A DNA stretch of 50,661 nucleotides, from the IMG/VR virus record IMGVR_UViG_3300046719_000014, positions 1 to 50,661 of that record, one strand, 5' to 3'. The notes below the pieces were generated by a model. It was not told the DNA's origin. It saw only the letters and a list, made by a program, of their open reading frames with translations, and did no database searches. Origin of the DNA: a virus. Taxonomy: Duplodnaviria; Caudoviricetes. Each line of letters begins with the position of its first letter. Position 1 is the stretch's first letter. The position numbers and the translations under genes were made by a program. Shown here one piece after another: positions 46,095 through 50,661 of the stretch.

Positions 46095-46907
46095 ATGCCC
46101 ACGCATCTCACCATCAACGGCATCTGGATCGATGTGTCGCTGCGCGAGACTCACGGCATAAGCGCCGAGCTCACGCAGCACGCAGTCGAAGACGGCGCCG
46201 ACATCACCGACCACGTGCGGGCCATGCCCACGCGGCTCACGCTCGAGGGCATCGTCAGCAACCAACCCATCGAGCAGCCCGGCAGTCACACCACCGCGCT
46301 TGCCAGCGAGCTCGGGTTCATGGTCTTGACCAATGAATACTTCGACTGGGGCACTAAAAAGCTCGAGCTCGTGGGCCCCCAAAACTCCGCGCCGCCGTAC
46401 ATCGGCAACATCCCCATCATCGGCAACGTCGCGTCTCTGCTCGACGCCTACAGACCCGATTGGAAGCCGAACAAAAAAGTCTTCATGATCGTCCCCGACC
46501 GCGCCCCCGTGCCGTTCGGGCAAGCGCGCAGCGTGTCGCTCACGTTCGACAGACCATTCAACCGTGTTGCGCAAGTCGAGACCGCGCTGCGAAACACGGT
46601 CAACGCTCGAGCGCCCGTCACCATCGTTACCGCTCTGCGCAAGTACGACAACGTCGTGCTCAGCGACTTGTCAATCGAGCGCAACGCCAACACCGGCGCG
46701 GGGCTGCACTTCGGCTGCACGGGGCAAGTCATTCGCACCGTCGCAAGCGAGCTCGCCACCGACCCCGACCCCGCGCAGACGCGCGCCGTGCAGCCCAAGG
46801 ACAAGGGCAGCCAGAACACGCAGAACAAGAAACCGTCACCCGAGGTGCAGCGCAAGTCGCAGAGTGTTGGAAAAGCACTATTCAACCCCAACCCGCCCGA
46901 GCCCTAG
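46095..46907 (+). CDS. Tail tube initiator / Dit-like baseplate protein
   Basis: IDVSLRETH..TQHAVEDGADITDHV..P..L.LEGIVSN. Confidence 0.8.
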   Translation: MPTHLTINGIWIDVSLRETHGISAELTQHAVEDGADITDHVRAMPTRLTLEGIVSNQPIEQPGSHTTALASELGFMVLTNEYFDWGTKKLELVGPQNSAPPYIGNIPIIGNVASLLDAYRPDWKPNKKVFMIVPDRAPVPFGQARSVSLTFDRPFNRVAQVETALRNTVNARAPVTIVTALRKYDNVVLSDLSIERNANTGAGLHFGCTGQVIRTVASELATDPDPAQTRAVQPKDKGSQNTQNKKPSPEVQRKSQSVGKALFNPNPPEP

Positions 46908-46910
46908 CCG

Positions 46911-47240
46911 ATGGCATCGCAGCTCATACCCACGACCCCGCAGCCCGACACCACGATCCGCGTCGTGCTCGGCGTCAACGTCTACTCACTGCGCCTAATC
47001 TGGTCGCAGCGTGGCGAGGTCTGGCGCCTATGGATTGCCGACTCTGCAGGCGTGCCGCTGCTCGACGGATTGCGCATGGTCACCATGTACCCGCTACTCG
47101 TGCGGTTCCATTACAAGCCCGAGCTGCCGCCGGGCGAGCTCTGGTTTGTCGACGAGAAAAACCAGGCAGCCAAGCCCACGCTGCAAGATATGGGCACGCG
47201 CTTTACTCTCTACTACGCGCCCAACGGCTATCTCGACTAA
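46911..47240 (+). CDS. Small baseplate (plug-like) protein
   Basis: Y.LRLIWSQRGEVW..I; its 3' end also appears at window positions 1-29. Confidence 0.7.
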   Translation: MASQLIPTTPQPDTTIRVVLGVNVYSLRLIWSQRGEVWRLWIADSAGVPLLDGLRMVTMYPLLVRFHYKPELPPGELWFVDEKNQAAKPTLQDMGTRFTLYYAPNGYLD

Positions 47241-47243
47241 CCC

Positions 47244-48101
47244 ATGAGCGACCCCGCCTCATTCATCGTCGAGCCAGGCATCGCGCTATTCGACCGCCGC
47301 TACAAGCTGCAGGTTGCAGACACGGTGATCACGGGGCTCAACGTGCGATTCACTGTGCGCCGCTCGCTCGTCGGCAAGCGCCCCGGCACGTGTGACATTG
47401 ATATCATCAACCTCGCAGAGCCCACGCGTAAGCGCCTGCACGGGACTAAACAGATCTACTGCTCGCTCGAGGCCGGCTACGTCGGCGGCATGTCCGTGCT
47501 CTTTCGAGGCGAGCTGCTCGAGGCATGGAGCAAGCGCGAGGGCACCGACTGGGTAACCACCGTGAGCTCGAGCGACGGAGGCACCAAGGTCACGCGCTCG
47601 CGCGTCAGCGCCACGTATGGGCCCAAGGTGCCCGTGCGCGACGTGTTGATTGGCATCGCCAAGTCTCTCGGGCTCGGGCCCGGCAACCTCCTGCAAGCGG
47701 CATTCTCCGCGGAGATATGGGACAAGCTCTCAAACAAATTCTCGCAGGGGTTCGCGGCGTCGGGCGATGCTGCCGGCGAGCTCGACCGCGTCATGCGCAC
47801 CGCCGGGCTCGAGTGGTCCATTCAAGAGGGGCAGCTGCAAGTGCTCGCGCTGCGCCAGGCGCTGTCAGACGCCCCCATTCTGCTCACGCCCCGCACCGGA
47901 CTGCTCGATAGCATCGAGCTCGGGCGCGACCAAGTGCTGCGCTTGACGACGTTGCTCCTGCCCGGCCTCTACCCCGGGCGAAAGATTCAAATCAAGTCGC
48001 GCTACGTGCAGGGGTTCTACCGCATCGAGACGACCACCCATCAGGGCGAGTTTGACGGCGGACACTGGACCGTCGGCATAGAAGCTCGCGCCGTCACGTG
48101 A
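47244..48101 (+). CDS. Baseplate hub protein, copy B
   Basis: About 28 of 285 residues differ from 33..890 (hand count). Confidence 0.8.
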   Translation: MSDPASFIVEPGIALFDRRYKLQVADTVITGLNVRFTVRRSLVGKRPGTCDIDIINLAEPTRKRLHGTKQIYCSLEAGYVGGMSVLFRGELLEAWSKREGTDWVTTVSSSDGGTKVTRSRVSATYGPKVPVRDVLIGIAKSLGLGPGNLLQAAFSAEIWDKLSNKFSQGFAASGDAAGELDRVMRTAGLEWSIQEGQLQVLALRQALSDAPILLTPRTGLLDSIELGRDQVLRLTTLLLPGLYPGRKIQIKSRYVQGFYRIETTTHQGEFDGGHWTVGIEARAVT

Positions 48102-48108
48102 GGCCGTT

Positions 48109-48912
48109 ATGACGCTAGGCACGCCCGAGCTCTCCGAGCTGCTGCAGACCGCCGCCGAGCAGGCCGCGTTCGAGCTGCACACTTCCATCCCCGGGCAGAT
48201 CGCCGCGCTCTACACCGACGCCTCGACGCGCAGGCAGTACGCCGACGTGCTGCCGATGCTCAAGCGCGCGCTTCCCGTAGACCCCGAGGACGACGCGCTC
48301 GCGCACGTCGACCGGCCCCCGTTCGTATACGAGCAGTTGCCGATCCTGCCCATGGTCCCCATCGCATACCCGCAGGGCGGGGGCTTCTTCGCGGCGTGGC
48401 CTCTCGTGCCAGGCGACCACGTGCTCGTGGTATTCGCAGAGCGCAGCCTCGATCGCTGGGTGACGACCGCGCGCCGCAACTCGCAGAAACCGCTCGGCAC
48501 TGGCGACGTCGGCACGCACACGCTCGCGGGCGCAATCGCGCTGCCGCTCGGGCCCGCGCCGCTGCCCGACCTCCTGCAGAGCGTACACGCCGACGCCATG
48601 ACGCTCGGGCACGACGCAGGCGCGCAGATCGCAATCAAGCAGAACACGGTCAACTTGGGCAGCCACACGCCAGGCGACGCAGTTGCGCTCGCGTCCAAAA
48701 CCAACACGGCGCTCACGAGCGGCGAGACTGACACCGGCAAAGTGAGAACCGCGACCGCAACGGCCATCTCGTCAATCGAGACCATTCTAGCCGGCCTCAC
48801 CGGCGCTCTGCCGCCCGCGAGCACTGCCGTCCGCGTCGCGTTCGACCTTGCCACCGCGGGCGTCCCGCACGCCCACACAAGCGTCGCGTCGACCGTTGTG
48901 CTGTCCGACTAG
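48109..48912 (+). CDS. Baseplate central spike (Gp138-like), copy B
   Basis: Paralog of 898..1701. Confidence 0.85.
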   Translation: MTLGTPELSELLQTAAEQAAFELHTSIPGQIAALYTDASTRRQYADVLPMLKRALPVDPEDDALAHVDRPPFVYEQLPILPMVPIAYPQGGGFFAAWPLVPGDHVLVVFAERSLDRWVTTARRNSQKPLGTGDVGTHTLAGAIALPLGPAPLPDLLQSVHADAMTLGHDAGAQIAIKQNTVNLGSHTPGDAVALASKTNTALTSGETDTGKVRTATATAISSIETILAGLTGALPPASTAVRVAFDLATAGVPHAHTSVASTVVLSD

Positions 48913-48968
48913 CTGACCCGGGCCCGAGGCCCTTGCCAAGGCTCTCGCTCGCCCACTACCGCCGGCTC

Positions 48969-49463
48969 GTGGCTGACCTTCTGCTCGATGCGACCGGCGA
49001 TATCATCATCGACTCGACGGGCGACCTGCCGCTCGTCACGGGCCCCGACGCCATCGCACAGGATGCCAACTTGCGCGTCGCGCTGTTCGTTGGCGAGTGG
49101 CCTCTAGATAGGCGCGTCGGCATCGACTACCGCAACCTCATATTCGGGCGCAAACCGCCCGACGCGGTCATCAGGTCAATCTATGACGAGGTCCTGCGCA
49201 CGACTGCAGGCGTGACTGCCGTCAACCAACTGACGATCAACTTCAACCGCCGCACGCGCGCGCTCGAGGTCCGCGCCGCCGTCCAAACGAAAGAGGGCAC
49301 AGCGCTCGTATTCCGCGACGTGCTGTTAGGTCAGGGCACCACCACTGCAGCGCCCACGCAGCCCGCCAACGGCTCGACGCCGCTGGTAAGCCCGACGCCG
49401 ACCGGGCTGCCGCTCGGCGTCTTCTCGCCGCGCCAGTGGCCCGGCGACGAGGTGCCCACATGA
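48969..49463 (+). CDS. Baseplate wedge / sheath initiator, copy B
   Basis: Paralog of 1758..2252. Confidence 0.8.
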   Translation: MADLLLDATGDIIIDSTGDLPLVTGPDAIAQDANLRVALFVGEWPLDRRVGIDYRNLIFGRKPPDAVIRSIYDEVLRTTAGVTAVNQLTINFNRRTRALEVRAAVQTKEGTALVFRDVLLGQGTTTAAPTQPANGSTPLVSPTPTGLPLGVFSPRQWPGDEVPT

Positions 49464-50653
49464 CCGCAGGACTCGGCTTGCTCGGGTTCACGTCCAAGAC
49501 CGTGCAAGAGATTATTGGCGACCTGCAGGCATACCAGGCCGCCAACATCGCGAGCGGGCTCAATACGTCGAGCACGGGTGTGCTCAGCAACATCAACATG
49601 TCCGTCGCGCTGCAGCTCGGGCAGTTGTGGGAGCTCGCCGCCGAGATCTACGACGCGCACGACCCCGCGACCGCAGAGGGTGTCGCCGCCGACCACATCG
49701 GGTCACTCACGGGCGTCACGCGCCTACCCGCGACGTCGAGCACGGTCACGCTCGCCGTACTCATCCACGAAAACGTCACCGTGCCCACGGGCTCCGTCGT
49801 CAGCGACCCGACGCGACCCACTGTGCGATTCGTCACGCTCGCCGACGTCACGAGCCCAAGCGTGGTCGGTATCTATGGGCTGTATGTCGCGGCCAAAGCC
49901 GAGACACCCGGCCCGACGATCGCTGCGAGTAACGCGCTCACGAAGATAGAGTCACCCGTCTCAGGCTGGACCCAAGTCACAAACCCCGGCCCCGCAATTG
50001 CGGGCAGCAACGTCGAGACCGACGAGGACTACCGCGCGCGCCGCGCAGAGGTGCTCGCGGAAGAGGGCGGATCAACGCTCGCAGGCATCGTCGCCGACGT
50101 GCGCCTGCTGCCGGGTGTGCTCACTGCTGCAGGCCGCGAGAACGTCACAGAGGTCACCGACCCGACGGGCATGCCCCCGCATACGTTCGAGGTCATCGTG
50201 CGCGGCGGGGATGACTCCGCCATCGCCAACAGCATCTGGAAAAATAAGCCCGCAGGCGTCGACTCTTACGGCACGACATCTATCAACGTGCTCGACGAGG
50301 GCGGCAACGTGCAGCTCGTGCGCTTCTCGCGCCCGAGTCTCAAGACCATCAACGTCAACGTTAGCGCGACAACCGACGGGCACTATGTCGCGGGCAGTCT
50401 GCGCGTCGCGCTCGAGCTCGCCAGCGTCGACCCCGACAGTGACATGGTCTTCAAGGTCGGCGAGCCCGTCTACCTCGTGCGCTTGCTGTCACAGGCGAGC
50501 GAGGTGCCAGGCGTCGTCAACGTCACGCTCGACGTCGACCTTGCACCCACAGTGCCCGTAGATGCAGTACCCACAACGCCAGCGAAAACGCTAGTGATTG
50601 GCGTACGTGAGATCGCGTCATTCTCGGGCTCGACATGGGTGGGGGCACCGTAA
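49460..50653 (+). CDS. Baseplate J-like protein, copy B
   Basis: Paralog of 2249..3445, one codon shorter. Confidence 0.92.
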   Translation: MTAGLGLLGFTSKTVQEIIGDLQAYQAANIASGLNTSSTGVLSNINMSVALQLGQLWELAAEIYDAHDPATAEGVAADHIGSLTGVTRLPATSSTVTLAVLIHENVTVPTGSVVSDPTRPTVRFVTLADVTSPSVVGIYGLYVAAKAETPGPTIAASNALTKIESPVSGWTQVTNPGPAIAGSNVETDEDYRARRAEVLAEEGGSTLAGIVADVRLLPGVLTAAGRENVTEVTDPTGMPPHTFEVIVRGGDDSAIANSIWKNKPAGVDSYGTTSINVLDEGGNVQLVRFSRPSLKTINVNVSATTDGHYVAGSLRVALELASVDPDSDMVFKVGEPVYLVRLLSQASEVPGVVNVTLDVDLAPTVPVDAVPTTPAKTLVIGVREIASFSGSTWVGAP

Positions 50654-50661
50654 CACGTGGC

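Larger units (their letters stand above)
1..50661. mobile_element. Temperate tailed phage (contractile tail), about one 47.2-kb genome unit plus a diverged second baseplate module; probable phage-plasmid or Xer-exploiting element
   Basis: Full terminase-portal-head-neck-sheath-tube-tape measure-baseplate-fibre gene order, CI/Cro-like switch, ParA; no host housekeeping genes; no integrase recognised. Confidence 0.95.
47212..50661 (+). repeat. Diverged direct repeat, copy B (baseplate module)
   Basis: Colinear with 1-3453. Confidence 0.97.

Noticed and set aside
1-50661. Very frequent CTCGAG/GAGCTC hexamers as a dispersed repeat family
   Set aside because: Largely explained by CTC (Leu) and GAG (Glu) codon preference. 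Excess over a codon-preserving shuffle cannot be shown by eye.
1-50661. tRNA, rRNA, integrase, transposase or protelomerase genes
   Set aside because: No cloverleaf, rRNA-like segment or catalytic motif recognised. Absence is by eye only.

Overview
The window is essentially one complete, high-GC temperate myovirus genome of about 47.2 kb. Positions 1-3453 recur at 47212-50661 as a diverged copy of the baseplate module (about 90% amino-acid identity for the first gene by hand count). Only the first 17 bp and last 116 bp of the two copies are identical at the edges. Recognisable modules are packaging (TerS, TerL), a DUF1073/DUF2213/DUF2184-type head, a contractile tail with a -1 frameshifted chaperone, a 1762-aa modular fibre, a CI/Cro-like switch and an O/DnaC-like lytic replicon with a RuvC-like resolvase. 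I found no integrase and no lysis cassette. Instead there is a plasmid-style toolkit: a type Ib-like ParA with an RHH partner, a TrfA-like initiator with nearby direct repeats and a DnaA-box-like site, a 28-bp dif-like XerCD site (16038-16065), and seven dispersed 8-bp-periodic GTCnnGAC arrays, one abutting the dif-like site. Other notable items are a five-hairpin small RNA candidate with its own promoter and terminator, a MuF head protein carrying a P-loop domain bracketed by RTD motifs plus a HEXXH peptidase, and a tail-fibre-like gene between the terminase genes. All family calls come from motif recognition by eye, with no database searches. A myxobacterial host is only a guess.
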